A stretch of DNA of 60,269 nt from Catajapyx aquilonaris (GCA_000934665.2 JYFJ02002245.1:1-60269), one strand, 5' to 3'. Positions 9,963-23,593 are shown, counted from the first letter of the stretch. The notes: generated by a model from the letters alone, not told the origin. Program-made: numbers and translations.

Positions 9963-12787
9963 ATGATGATCCGGATGGTATTGTTGTCCGTCCTGGCCAG
10001 AGAGGTATGGAGTGCTCCATACCTCTCTCTGGCCGCTGGTGCCATGTCGGCTGACCCGGAGACATACGGAGAGTACGACTTCATTATTGTGGGTGCCGGT
10101 TCAGCAGGTTCTGTGGTGGCCAACAGACTGACCGAAGTGTGTGACTGGAAGGTACTTCTGATCGAGGCAGGAGGAGAGGCACCTCGCATCGCAAGTGTGC
10201 CGTACCTGGCACCATCCCTGCAGAAGACAAGGATTGACTGGGCCTACTACACCGAGCCGGACAATCGAACCTCGCAATCGATGGACAAGAAGACCGCGTT
10301 CTGGCCCAGGGGCAAGGTCATGGGCGGAACCAGCGTGCTCAACTACATGCAGTACGTCAGGGGAAACAGACGAGACTACGACGGTTGGGTAGAACTGGGC
10401 AACACCGGTTGGGGATACGACGACGTGCTGCCATACTTCAAGAAATCCGAGGACTTCCAAGGTAACATTGTAAAAATTGGCAACATTGCCTTATTTCCAA
10501 CGCTACACTCGTGGGGGAGGCGTTTGCGACGTTGCCAAGGCTCATACAGCTGTATGAGCCTTGGCAACGTCGCGTTGGAAATAAGGCAATGTTGCCAATT
10601 TTTACAAAGGCTACGGGTGCGAATGACTTGCATCTCAAAGCCAATTAGATCAATAACTGCTACTAAATCATGCGTTAACTGCTTTTAATAAAATAATCTG
10701 CATTAGCTGCATATCATCTTTAGTAACTATATTATCTTGTTTCTGAATAATCTGAAGGTAACGTGAGTGGCATCGACAAGGATTACCATGGCTTTGGGGG
10801 CTATTTGACTGTCCAGGGATTGGACGCGTTCAGGTCCCCACTGGAGCAGATGATCCTGGATGCTGGGAAGGAGCTGGGCTACGACACCAGGGATTGCAAC
10901 GGGGCCAATCAGACCGGGTTCATGGACCTGCAGAGGACCACTAGGAGAGGACAGAGATGCGACACGGACCTGGCCTTTCTGGACCCAATCTTAGGGAGGC
11001 AGAACCTGAAGATTGCAATGCTCGCGCAGGTCCATAAGATCCTCATTATTGGCTCAGGTAAGGCTGATCTTTTCTACCAGACGAAGGCTATATGCTAAAA
11101 TATTATTAATTTGGTAATTATTAATTATTTAAAATTATCGAGTAGTTAATTATAGTTATTAACTAATTAATCTATTGGTGATGATTTATTTGGCAATTAT
11201 TTTAGCGCTTATTATTGTGTGTTGCGATTGTGACCCAAAAAATTATCGTACGTTTTGTGGCCCCACAGGCCAACGAACGTTGTTGTGGCTTTGCCACGGC
11301 TAGATGCCCATTCGGACGCGCTCTCTGAACTGCCCCGCGCCTCCACCCCGACTCCCGACCCTTCATCGCGTAAGAAAGATCTTCCGATAAATAAGGAGAA
11401 CGGAGAAGTAGAAAGCCCGTCCCAAGGAGAAACACCCTATCTCCAAAACTAGTAAGGGTGACGTTTTTGAGATAGGGTGTTTCTCCTTGGGACGGCACGG
11501 TAGATGGCGCACACTGATTCTTTCCGGAATTTAGCGGCACGACATGACGTATGTATTTCTCATTTTGTCAGGTACGAAGCAAGCGCATGGAGTGTTGTTC
11601 AAGATGGGAGGTAAGATGTACGAAGCCCATGCACGTAAGGAAGTGGTGTTGAGCGCAGGCACCATTGCATCGCCCCAGATGCTGATGCTCTCAGGTGTAG
11701 GCGTAAAGGACCATCTGGAGTCAAAGGGTGTTCCAGTGGTCCTGGACCTTCCAGGAGTCGGAAAGAACCTGCACGATCACGTCGGAACACTCATGATCTT
11801 CACTGCTGAAACTGGAGGAAAGGTGGACCCTCCAACTGCACTGACACCACCAAATTTTCTGGTAATCTCTTTTCTTCCACGCATGATGTGCATTGACCCA
11901 ATCTGTGCCCTCTTTGACCTACAGGCATGGCTTGGCCAAGGTCCTAGCCCCCTGAACCTCCCTGGAGGCGCGGAGAACTTAGGATTCGTCCACACCCGGT
12001 ACAGCAAAGTGGGCGAAGATGCGCCGGACATTCAGCTGATCACCCTAAGCATGTCCTTCCTGGCCGATCCAACATCGATGGACATTCCCCCATTCTCTAT
12101 AGGCAAATCAGCGTACCAATCGGTGTACGAAGAAGCCATGGGACGAGAGGCCTTCGTAGCAGCGCCTGTCCTCTTGCACCCGAAGAGCAGGGGTTGCATA
12201 CTCCTCGAGAGCTCAGATCCAGAGGAATACCCTGCCATATACCCCAACTACTTCAAGGATGAGCAAGACATCAAGATAAAATTATTCAGCACTATTTTCG
12301 AATAGGCTATCTGAATCACTGCTACTTTCTACAGTTGACTAACAGCTTTTTCTCCCCCCTGAAGGCACTGACAGACGGAGCCAAGATAGTGATGAAGCTG
12401 TCTCAAACCGAGACCATGAAGAAGATAAACGCAACCTTCTGGTCCAAGCCTTACCCTGGATGCGAGGACTTGAATGATCCTGATCAGGACGAGTACTGGT
12501 CTTGCCTCTTCCGCCAACTGACCATCACTATGTATCACGCTGTGGGCACCTGCAAGATGGGGTACGACGGCGACTCAGTGGTTGACCCGCAGCTGAGGGT
12601 CAGGGGGATCAAGGGTCTGAGGGTGGTCGACGCCTCTGTGATGCCAACAGTGGTCAGCGGAAACACAAACGCAGCTACCATCATGATAGCAGAGAGGGCC
12701 TCTGATCTGATCAAGGATGCTTGGCCTCATCATAAGAACGTATGCAGCACATGCCTTCCCAGCAGCAATAAGTGGATATTCTTCTAG
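9963..12787 (+). CDS. GMC oxidoreductase (glucose dehydrogenase FAD-like); exons about 9963-10461, 10758-11057, 11572-11861, 11925-12275, 12365-12787
   Basis: [93 protein letters not shown] and [16 protein letters not shown]. Hydrophobic N-terminus. Start is uncertain and the last intron lacks a GT donor. Confidence 0.9.
10468..10608. repeat. Near-perfect palindrome (MITE-like) in GMC intron 1
   Basis: ttgtaaaaattggcaacattgccttatttccaacgc ... gcgttggaaataaggcaatgttgccaatttttacaa, with an inner palindrome centred on cagctg. Confidence 0.85.
11417..11495. repeat. Inverted repeat (about 33-bp arms) in GMC intron 2
   Basis: ccgtcccaaggagaaacaccctatctc ... gagatagggtgtttctccttgggacgg. Confidence 0.8.
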
Positions 12788-13336
12788 AGAGTTTCCGCCA
12801 CCTGTCCCGATACGAAAACGAAAACGTGAAAACCTCTTCCTACATGTTAAAAAAGTGGCCGACAAAAATATTTATTTTATAGGCCTATCTCCTTGAAGAA
12901 AAAAAAAAGGACAGCGTATCCAATGATGACAGTGCGAAGAGGAAACGGTGCTGCAGGATTTTGTAGGGAACCGCATGATGTGTGCAGGTAAATTGCAACA
13001 AAAAATTAAATGGCAATTAAATGACCCGATGCCAATCGTCTTATTTTTAGGACGTAGGCCTTAGATCTATTTGCAGTAGAATATTATCCAGCGTTTACTA
13101 GCGGAAACCCTATAAAGAAGGTAAGTGCACCTACCTTCTTATTGCAGAGAGCCCTTCAATTCTTCGTTTGCGAGACATAATTATTCTGTCGGAATTTAAT
13201 TTTTATTGGATTTTTTTGACGATGCACGGATAATCCGAAACATAGATAATCCGCGCTCTGATAATTGGGAGTACAGTGACCCTATGAACTAACAAACTTT
13301 GCCTTTTTGACGGGATGTCCGTATGTCAGCATATAG

Positions 13337-15403
13337 TTACGTAACATTGGCCACAGACACAATCGTTGTGTTGCTGAGGTGCATATCAGCTGCAGGTGGG
13401 ACTCTGCGCTTCATAATCCTCCAATTGTTGCGGCAACAACAACGGTTTTCCAGAATGAAGGCAGCCACACTAAATACAAGACCCATCAGCAACATGATGA
13501 ATGGCACCCTCAAATCAGCCAAGGAGTAGACGTCTTCCTGGATCATCCCCATCGCCTCCATTTCGTATTGTCCATTATTATTTATCCTCCTGAGCCACGG
13601 GGAACCGATTATCTGAAAGTCTCTCCATTGGGCCAACAAGTGAGATTCAACCAGGTGGCTGAAGAACTTCATCATGTTTGGAGCGGAGACTTCACCTCGA
13701 CCGAAACCACCTCCGACGAAGCCCTGCATGTATTCACCAGGATGTTTGGTCAGCTTGCTCTCACCCATGCTGTTCTCGTACATGGGCATCACATTTGATA
13801 GAAGGCCGCTGATCATTATGCAGGCAAAATCATGCTCGAGGGTGGCAGACAGGCATTTGAGGGCATCGGGATCGAAATTGGCATCAGAATACACGCGTTT
13901 GTACACTGGAATGGCCACGTCGTCGTATTTTAACTGCTCCCAAAATATGCGTGTATGAAAGGGAATGCCCCATTTGAACCCTGACCCCACCAGCTCCTCT
14001 AGGTTCGTGGGAAGGTATTCATCGGGTGGGGCCGTGATGAACTCGACCAGTTTGCTCCTGTATAAACAGCAAACAATGGTCGCAAACACCCAGAAGATCC
14101 CGACTGTGAATTGGTGCAGGAAGTGGGAAGGTCCGGTCAAAGGTTGCTCCAGAAGGATCCGGAGGAGGAAGGTCAGGGAGTGGACAAATTGGAATCGTCT
14201 CGGTCTGGCTTGCGACCAAGTGACGAATGTCAAGGAAAGGGCGCAAATCACAGTTGTCACCAACAGACCGATCCACATGGACGGTGTGAAAGGGTAGATC
14301 AGGACTTTCCAGGTCATTTCTGGACGAGCTTTGCGAGTGACCATGACTGAATATGTATGAACATAAGGTTGTGAGATTTCCAAATTCATAGCGTCATATT
14401 CAGTATTAAGCACAGTGTATGTGAAGTTGACCCTCTTCAAAACAGTGTCACCAATTTTGTTATCTCCCCAGGTTCCGTTATCATATTTCTTCGTAGCTGA
14501 TGTGAGCATAGGTTGGAAAAACAATCGTACCTTGCAGTTAAAAGTGTCTTCAATATGAAGTAGGAAGTTCGCATCAGGACCAATGTGGCCGACGGAGTCC
14601 CTCTTCTTTCTCAACAAGTATAATGGCGGAAGAGGGATTGATGATCCTACGATGAGCCTGCTTCCGTTGAGGTCACGGGTCATGTCCGGGAAGAGTGACT
14701 CCGCCGTGACCTCTTCCCCCTCCCTGTGGACCCCCATGTCCACCACTGAAGGGTGACCAGACCTGCAGTAGAAGCAGGCCGTGAAGAGACGGGTCAGATG
14801 ACCTCCTCCTCCTCCAGTGTCACCAGCAGTGGCCACCAGCTTGAACCTTATTCCCGAGAGAGTGGTGTCCGAGAGCCACTCGAGGTCATAGGTCGTGTTC
14901 GGGGTCATCCAGAAGAGGAAGGGGTCTCGGAGGTTCCTGACCCTGACCAGTGTCGCCATGTGGAGGACCAGTTGTGGGATGGATCCTGACCAGTGTGGAG
15001 CCAGCAGGTTGAAGGAGCATCCGGTCAGCGGGTAGGAATGAGATGACCCCGGGGGTCGGAGGTCAAGGGGCATGGAGGAGAAGTGTAGCAGGTCCTCCTG
15101 GTGCCTCAGGCCGCGGTAGTCCCCGTAGGACAGGGTCTCCCCTTCCTCCCTGAGAGATGTGACTACCGCCCTGTCCCCCGTCCGATGGATGACCCCAGCA
15201 AGCCAGTCCATGGGCACCCTTCGACCCTTGTCCCTGGCCACCACCAGTGGGCCGCACGGGTAGTTGGGCAGCAGCTGCTGCAACAGGTCCACTGTGGGTC
15301 CATCCCCAGCATCCTTCGTCTCAACCAAATGGATGTTGACCTCTCCACAAGTGACGATGACTGGCAGCAGCGCCGAGGTCAGCATGACCACCAATTGCCT
15401 CAT
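13337..15403 (-). CDS. Divergent ionotropic receptor (IR, iGluR-related chemoreceptor), intronless
   Basis: Signal-like start MRQLVVMLTSALL. S1 motif NGTWGD..IGD, pre-M1 LIYPFTPSMW, M2/M3 region YRSKLVEFIT, and a C-terminal TM (SLADLRVPFIMLLMGL..AFILE). Confidence 0.85.
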   Translation of the reverse strand: MRQLVVMLTSALLPVIVTCGEVNIHLVETKDAGDGPTVDLLQQLLPNYPCGPLVVARDKGRRVPMDWLAGVIHRTGDRAVVTSLREEGETLSYGDYRGLRHQEDLLHFSSMPLDLRPPGSSHSYPLTGCSFNLLAPHWSGSIPQLVLHMATLVRVRNLRDPFLFWMTPNTTYDLEWLSDTTLSGIRFKLVATAGDTGGGGGHLTRLFTACFYCRSGHPSVVDMGVHREGEEVTAESLFPDMTRDLNGSRLIVGSSIPLPPLYLLRKKRDSVGHIGPDANFLLHIEDTFNCKVRLFFQPMLTSATKKYDNGTWGDNKIGDTVLKRVNFTYTVLNTEYDAMNLEISQPYVHTYSVMVTRKARPEMTWKVLIYPFTPSMWIGLLVTTVICALSLTFVTWSQARPRRFQFVHSLTFLLRILLEQPLTGPSHFLHQFTVGIFWVFATIVCCLYRSKLVEFITAPPDEYLPTNLEELVGSGFKWGIPFHTRIFWEQLKYDDVAIPVYKRVYSDANFDPDALKCLSATLEHDFACIMISGLLSNVMPMYENSMGESKLTKHPGEYMQGFVGGGFGRGEVSAPNMMKFFSHLVESHLLAQWRDFQIIGSPWLRRINNNGQYEMEAMGMIQEDVYSLADLRVPFIMLLMGLVFSVAAFILENRCCCRNNWRIMKRRVPPAADMHLSNTTIVSVANVT

Positions 15404-16135
15404 GGTCAAACTTGAAATTGCAAAATATGTTTCCCTTCGACTGAAACAGTGCGTCCCTCTGCAACGACAGTAGAGTTGTTGCAATTGATCAGGCCAAAGT
15501 TAATAATGTAATAAGCTACGTGCCCCCATTTGATCTATCTGGAAACGGGCAGCAGTATTGTTCTGAGAAACGCGTCAATAACATGTTTGACTCATTCTCT
15601 TTGATCAACAACCGCGGCCCTTATAGGTATACACTACAGTACGTGTGTATAATAAATTATTGTGTGAATGCACTTCCCTCGCTGGCCCACACAACCTATT
15701 GCGTAAACAGTCATGTTTGTGTCCAGCACTATACAAATTAACTTCTTGTGTTGCAGCAAATATTATAGTACCGTTTTAGTTTGACATACTTTGTTACTGC
15801 TGCTACCTGAAGTCACAGAAGAAACACACCAAACCATGGTTCAATAGACACATTTAATAGACCGCCGTCAGAAGGTGCTTGAAGCAACTTAACTCTTTCA
15901 TAACTCGTCTCATTGACCGATTATATAAAGTGCACATAATTATATAGTTGACTCATCTAATACCTTTTTGATCATTTTTCAACGAATCATCAAAATGTAC
16001 CCTTTTAAAATCCCATCTCTGGCTTCGTTTCGGGTGGCAATTTCCGATAGACTAAGCCACCCAGGGGAGTTCACAAAATGACCAATTAACGACAGCGCAC
16101 ATGCACTTTGCGCATCCCCTCCTAACTACCTTGGA

Positions 16136-16616
16136 GTATACTAATAAGATTATTATTAACTCGCTCAAAAAAAAAAAAAACAATGGTGGTAATCCACCAC
16201 CCCCTATAGACCCAACAGGTCATCACGGGGTAATTTTTTTTAAAAAAATACCCTTTTAAAATCTCCATAACGTAGATGTACAATGTCCAACAACATATAC
16301 TCTCGGTTATAGATTAATAAATAGATTGTCTAATTTCATAAGTAAGTAAAAATGCTGGCTGCTGTCAAGAGCTCTTGCTACTGTATACACCCAGGCCACA
16401 ATAAGATGACAGTCATACGATGACGGTACTCATATGTGAAACATATTCAAACCAATCACTCCCGTGAACCCGAAACATTGGCATAATTATTATCATGGCT
16501 GGCTTACCTCACTGAAAATACTGCATAATTATTATGCCGATTATTATTTATGAGCTTCATTCATTTGCTCAATATAACTTCATGAATTCCCGTGCGAAGA
16601 ACGGGTTCCCTGCTAG
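16136..16616 (+). mobile_element. Short non-autonomous Helitron-like element; 5' boundary approximate
   Basis: 3' hairpin CCCGTGCGAAGAACGGG then CTAG|T at 16613-16617. Internal catcacggggtaattttt resembles the 5' region of the 23791-26129 element. Confidence 0.6.
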
Positions 16617-17686
16617 TACAAGAGTTTGCAGACTATACGAAATGAATGTGTCGAAATAATGTGCCTGAAATATGAACACAAAAGGCAGGAGAGAAATGCT
16701 TTAAAAAGGAAGTAGTGCCTCAGACGAGAGGTGCGAACGAGGGTCGACCTCTAGTGCCCCCACTGCTGGCTTTAGAACTAGTGTTTAGAACAAGCCAGCA
16801 ACATTTTTTTTTTTTTTAATAATTTTAAACAATTTAAACAATTTATTAAATATATGTTGTTGTGTACTGATTGTTGCTTAATAACAATGATACGCATTTA
16901 CTAAGTTGGCAGTTTTAAAATTATTTCTGGATCCAAATAATGTCCACCTAATTATGTATCCACGTGAAAGATTTACACGACAATAAAAATTTTCAAAAAA
17001 TCCTGAAGCCAACGAACTCCTTTCTCAGAAGCGCCTAAAATGCATAAAATGCTTTGTACAGGTGGCATATAATGGCACTTTTTATATGATGTGCTCCACA
17101 TTTGCGGAAATATCTATAGGAAACATTTCTGGTGCAATTTCAAGTGCCATTCAAAACAAATCGTATGTACGGGCGGTAGTTTATTAATGAGAAATGTGAA
17201 AAAAAATCATAATTTTTGACGTCATTTTGGATCCATTTTGGATTTGATTAAGATGAGAATACTCCATCTTACAGAGTGTGAAAATAATTAATTAATTTTG
17301 CATTAATCTTAATTTATTTGTTGGTGAGCTCATCACCTGCTGCAGTTACATCTCAGCAGATGGCAGCCAACAACCGACCCACTCTCGCCATCTGTTGGTA
17401 GGAAAAGGAACCAAACAGCATATTCGGACGCGACCGGGGAGACCGTCGCTTGCTATTCGGACTGGACCAAAATGGCCGAACGTTCCATCCTTTTCGTCCT
17501 GTCCTTTTCTGGTTGGAAAAGAGGCTTGGATTCTGCCCCTTTGGCTCTGAAAAGGGAGAATTAGGAAGGAAGACATTCGGGAGCAGGTAATGAGGAGCAC
17601 GGAGACTCCCAGTCTGCCCTCATAACATTATGCGAATGTTTCTTATTTGGGGTTCACTGGCCAGGTCCTATTGTTTTTGTCCAGTG

Positions 17687-20600
17687 ATGGATCCAACCTC
17701 CAGCACCCTGCACAGGTGCCGCTGCTGTCTCCAGACATTCCGGACTCACTTGGAGCTTCTGGTGCACAGCTTCACACACAGCAGATGGGACCAGGTCAGG
17801 GTAAGAGAGGAGGAGGAGGAGGAGGATGAGCCAGATGGACCAGGAGATGGCCACGTAAAGGAAGAAGAAGAAGGCCTGGAAGATGGAGGAGGACTCCAGC
17901 TGGACTTCAAAGTTGAGGTTGGTTGGGCATTGGAGACATTGTAATGGACTCTTTTAATTATTGGAATTGTCTTCAGGAGGAAGGCCCGGCTCTGTGGCCA
18001 TACCACGTCGAAGGAGATCAGGATGGGGCAACTGGCAAGGAAGGGCTTGAAACACCTGCGGATTCACCGTTGCAGAGAGGCAACTTGGCAGCAGAACACA
18101 ATGTCGTGGACCTACTACCTGGAGTAAGTAAATTGGGGGTGAATAAATCTCTGGCTTCCTCGCTAAAACCAATTCGGGAAAATTTGTGAACGCATCATTA
18201 GTGCCCCTCTATGTGCAATGAAAGATGCAGTACCGGTAGTTGAAGTTCATATTTGACATTTGCATAGTAACATGTTGGCTCATTTTTTTTCCTTCATTTA
18301 GGAACAACATGTCATTCCTGTCATCAAAAAGGATTCATCGTACTACTTTGTGCAAGGGGTGAGCTGCTGCACTTTGGGTTGCAATTTTATTTGATGAACG
18401 GAAATAGTGTCAGTAAATAACAACGTAATTTAAATTGCAGATTCAACTGAGGCGCTTCTCTATTGTGGTGGATCCCATTGTTTTTTGCCCAAAATGCTCC
18501 AAGACATTTGTGACTAAGCAGGAATTGAAGGAGCACGAGAGAGAAGAGCATACGGGAGGAAACGAACTAGAAATGGTGAGGAACAAATTTACCAACCATG
18601 AATTGGATGAGGAATAGGCCTACCTGAGATTACCAGTTACACTGTACAGTGCTGGACACATTAGCCGTCTCTGAATGGTTTTTTTTCCGTCGGCGACGGC
18701 GCTGCGTTACCTGGCAACCCCGACGAATGGAGACTATGCCCCGTATGTCAGACACCACGTCAGTATCGTAATTTGACCCCAAAGACGTCATATCTCAAAA
18801 TGGCTTCCGCTGTTCCTCATGTATGAGTACGTGTCGTTCACGTCATATTCGCGCCAGGAAGAGATACACGACTAACGCTTGTTGCAGGTGTTCATATTAT
18901 TGTGTCCAACCCCTGTACGTGTCATGTTAGTCGTGTCTCTCTTCCTGGTGCGAATATGACGTGAACGACACGTACTGGTATATGCGGAACAGCGGAAGCC
19001 ATTTTGAGATATGACGTCTTTGGGAACAAATTACGAGACTGACGTGGTGTCTGACATACAGGGCATGGTCTCTATTCGTCGGGGTTGCCAGTATTGTACT
19101 CCCTATTATCCATGTGAGACTTATCTGTGAATCGCCAAAACGTAACTTCAGAATTTCAAGTCCCAAAGACTGTCCAATATGTCTGACAAAAAAAAGCATG
19201 TAATAAAATGGCATTATCCTGATATGATTTACATCTTCTTCAGGATCGTATATCGACAACCAGGAAGGTCAAGAGGAAAGAGCAACTAGCTTGTCCTGAC
19301 CCTGGAAAAACCTTTCGCAAGAGGAAGCATTTACGGGATCACAGGAAGGAGCCCATCAAGTGTGAACACTGCGGGAGAGTATTTTCAAACAGGGGTAGTC
19401 TCGGTAATCATGTTCGTTCACAGATATGTCAAAAGTCATTAACTTGTGGTCAGTGCAACAAATTATTTCGTTCTCACTTGTACCTGTCTAGACATATGGT
19501 AGTTCACTCGGATGACAGGCGTTCCTTCAATTGTGACAGGTGCAATAAGTCATTCAAATCTCGTTACCATTTGAAATATCATCAGAGGGACCATATGGGG
19601 GAAGGTCTCATTGACGATCTCAAAAAAATACTAGGAGATGGAATAGGTGATGCTATTGGTGAAGATGGAAATTCCCTCCAACGTAGCAGCAGTACAGATG
19701 CACCGCTCTGCTGTCCATTTTGTGCAAAAAATCTGGCAACCAGGAGTAGTTTAATTTCCCATGTAAAGCGTTACCATGCCCGTGACAAGTCATTCGCTTG
19801 CAATTTATGTTCTGAAAAATTCAAATCTCATCATCATTTGGTTGTGCACAATAAGCATGTCCATAACATCGGGGCAGTGTACCCCTGCAAGTATTGTGAT
19901 AAAGTTTGCATTAACAAATGTAGACTTGCTGCTCATGAGCGTCGTCACACAGGTGAGAAGCCATTCAATTGTAGCATGTGTTCAAGGAGCTTCAGTTTTA
20001 AAAAGTCGATGCAGCGTCACGAACTCTTGGTACATTCTGATGTGACTCCTTTTATATGCGATAAATGTGGGAAGGGATTCAAATTGGAGTACACTCTGAA
20101 AGATCACATGGAAGTTCATGAAAGTGGTACTCATCACAAAGGCAAGGAGCAGCATGCTTGCAAACACTGCTGTAAGGTCTTAGGTTCTAGATATACTTTG
20201 CAGGATCATATGAGAAGTTTTCATGGAGCAGACATGTCCAAGCACAGTTGCCCTGATTGCTCACTTAAATGTGTCAGCGAAACAGCTCTACGCCGTCACA
20301 GACAAAAGGTTCATGGCTACAAAACAAGTAGATACGAGGAACATAAGTGTTCCATTTGCCATCTTGTTCTCTCTACTAAGAGCAATTTTGACCTTCATAT
20401 GAGACGTCACACTGGAGAGAGGCCATTCAAGTGCACTCGATGTGGCAAAGGTTTTATTCATCAAGGAGCTCTTACTAAACACGTGCACGGTCATACTTCA
20501 CAACACAGTTGCCCACATTGTTCGTATAAAAATGCTCAGAGAGCAAATCTAATACGACATATGCAAAGGTTACATTACAAGAAGGTATATAAATGTCTCA

Positions 20601-20941
20601 TTTGCCATCGTGTACTATTGTCTAAGAGCAAGTTTGACGTTCATATGCGAAGTCACACAGTAGAGAGACCACTCAGGTGCACTGAATGTAGTAAGGCTTT
20701 TGTTTCTCCTCAGCGTTTGCATAAACACATGTTGACACATGCGAAAGGGAGCTTTAGCAAGTGCAGTACTTGCTCTAAGAGTTTTAGTTCTGCAAATTTG
20801 AAAAATCATGAATGCGAACAATCAGATGAGAAGCAATTTGAATGTAATTGGTGTGGTAAGGTACTCAAGACACGTCGCAGTCTTAGAAGCCATTTGCGGA
20901 CATGCCAGGTTGAACATTCCGAAAAAAACCTTGTTACTTGA
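17687..20941 (+). CDS. Multi-C2H2 zinc-finger protein; exons 17687-17917, 17977-18123, 18302-18358, 18441-18575, 19244-20941
   Basis: GT-AG phase-0 introns. The last exon holds many fingers with HTGEKPF/HTGERPF linkers. Acidic N-terminal region. Confidence 0.88.
18711..19091. mobile_element. MITE-like foldback (about 165-bp arms) in the zinc-finger gene intron
   Basis: ctggcaaccccgacgaat...cacgactaac is mirrored by gttagtcgtg...attcgtcggggttgccag. Confidence 0.85.
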
Positions 20942-21988
20942 ATGGTTTGATGTGTTGTAACTTCACGGTTGTGCCTATAGTTCCCCAATTTTTAATTAAT
21001 TTAATATAATGTCTATTTTAGGAAGCACTATTACAATATTACCTGCTGTTGATTTTTTTTTCATCTGCCAGTGCTTTACCCTTCCCACTTAGGTAAGCTC
21101 TCTGGGCTGACTTTGAGAGGTCATAACTTTTTTAAGTGATGAAAGAAATGTTTAGTCCTTGGAAAAAAACTTTTCCCCGATCCCACAGAAGTTGGGGACA
21201 CCGAACTTGTAGATAACAATGCAGCAGTGAAAGTCTTTGGGGGTCATAAAGACATTGATGCAAGACATTGTAAGAAAAATATATGTATGGCCTTCCAAGT
21301 TGAATTTGAGAATTGCTTTGTACACAGCAGTTGATATAATATTATATCAACTGCTACCAGGACATATTTATTTTCCTACGCAATGCAATGGACACATTTT
21401 GAAAACGAGTACGAATGTACGCAATCTCTGTGAAGGTTTTCCACACAAGATTTACACCAATAAAGTGTGGGTGCAATCATTTCATATATCAAGAGTGTTT
21501 ATGGGGGGGGGGCACTTTATTTTTCTCAAAAAAAAAAAAAACAACTCGAATGGGAATTATTCCGAAATAAGCCATCACGATTTATTTTCAAGGAATAAAT
21601 TGGGAGCAACCCCAACATTGTCCTTCACGTTGATGGGCACTATAAACTTTGTACAGTACGTCCTTGGTTTTGTAATACTTTTGTATCCCACTTCTTTATC
21701 TGATGACAAGAAGCGGTAACATAATTATAGCCTAATAGTGTAATAAATTTGTTCACCTCTTTCCACTTGCGCATTAATGGGACACTGATCTGCCGAAATA
21801 AATGTTATTTTTTTTTGTTTACTAATGTGAAGTTCAACAATTATTTGTATCATACTCTGCTACACTGCAGGCCGTATTGTTGCAATGTTTAAATCTTGCA
21901 AATTGTTCAACATGTGTCTGACACATAAATGGTGGGATAGCAATATAAATGGAGAGGAAATGTGTCGTAAAGGTTCAGTTGAAGCAAG

Positions 21989-23593
21989 ATGGCTGTGTTG
22001 AATGTACTTGGTCCTTTGCTACTGCCATTCAACTCACTGGTGTGGATTACGGTGTTGCTGCCAGTCGTGTTTATCTTTGTGGTCCACTGGACTGTTTGTC
22101 GTGGGTTGGTGTGGTTTCAATACGGAAACCAGCGGAAGCAGTTGAAAGGGTTGGAAGTATTCTACCTCTGCGATGAGGAGAGTTGCAGGGGCATAATGAC
22201 CGGCTTCACCTCTATGAACGGCCCACATGGAGGCGACCCCGAAGAGTGCCAGAGGGTGTTCGATCAGATAATGGCGAATCATCCAGAACTCCACACTTTA
22301 ATATCCATCCCTGAAAAGATACACGGGTACTATTTCTGGAGGAAGGTGGACAAATGCTGTGTGCAAAACCACTGGGCATTGCTGGACGGGGTGGACCCCG
22401 AGAAGACCTACTCGCACTCCGATGTGATGAGGTTGTACGCCAAGGTGCACAACTCGCCTTTCCCGAAGGACAAGCCCATGTGGATGGTTTACTACGTTCC
22501 GAAATTCTTGTATGACGAAGAGGTTGGTAAGTCACGAGCGGAGCTTAAGAGCATCTACATCTCCAAAGCACATCACAGTCTTGGTGATGCCATTCCTTTC
22601 TTGAGATGCGTCATCAGGTTTGTTCGTACTCTTTAATTTTTGCAGATAATGTATTGGCCATTCTGTTTCAGATACTTCACCGATCAGAAGACAATAGCAT
22701 ACAACCCCGTTCCACCAGTTCACGACAATTTCCCCATCGGAACATTCATTTTGCGCTCATTAGCCATCATGAACTTACCTTCTACTTACGCATCAAATAA
22801 ATTAACGGACCTGTGGAACAACACCCATTTCCCTCGCCTCAGCGGACAAAAATTCCTTCACTCTTTCTTTGCCGACGTGGATTTGGTGCGTTTCATCAGA
22901 AGGAAGGCAGGTTGTCACTTCACCGATATAATCATGGCTGCTCTAAGTGCCTCCTTGCATGCTTTGTACGTGAGGGAGAAAGTCATCAGGACTTACATCG
23001 TGGTTGCCAATCCGAGCGAACCGGACGACTTCACCTTGGGCAACTACTATTTGGCTGGTGTACCATTTCCTGGGGAGGCCATGGGTCACCTGGAGCGGCT
23101 GAGAAACACCCAGCGCTTGATGAAAGAGGCCGGGACATCCCTAGAAGGATACTCCATGATGTGGTTGATTCAAGTGCTGGGAACCATCCTTCCCAAGAGG
23201 ATTTTCCATCCCATCTGTCGTCAAACGGGAGCCTTGGCCTTAGCGACCTACGTTCCTGTGGAGTTGGATCAAGACCTCACTTGCAACCAGAGGAAAATTG
23301 TGGGTTACCAGGGCGCATCCATTCACAGGCAAGGGTGCGGTGAGTATGTGCAACAAACACATCATTAACTATAGTAAATTGCCCGGAGTATGTTTAATTA
23401 TGTTGTGTGTTTTTCAGGGTTTCTGTTAGCTGTTACATCTTACCAGTCCCGGTTGGCAGTAACTTTCGTGGTGGACGGAGTCCTGGTTGATGGGAAAGAA
23501 AAAATGGTGCAGGACATTGCTGGCGAATTCCGGCATTATTTGGTACGATTAGGACACACACTGGATTACAAGTGGAAGAAGAACAGTGTATAA
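21989..23593 (+). CDS. WS/DGAT-like O-acyltransferase; exons 21989-22617, 22672-23339, 23418-23593
   Basis: N-terminal TM. PFPKDKPMWMVYYV and HHSLGDA match the HHxxxDG-type motif. FTDIIMAALSASL and a C-terminal SY..RL.V motif. In-phase GT-AG introns. Confidence 0.75.

Noticed and set aside
15404..15484. N-terminal extension of the 715-aa IR ORF
   Set aside because: Begins at a non-ATG codon; the ATG at 15403 precedes a signal-like peptide.
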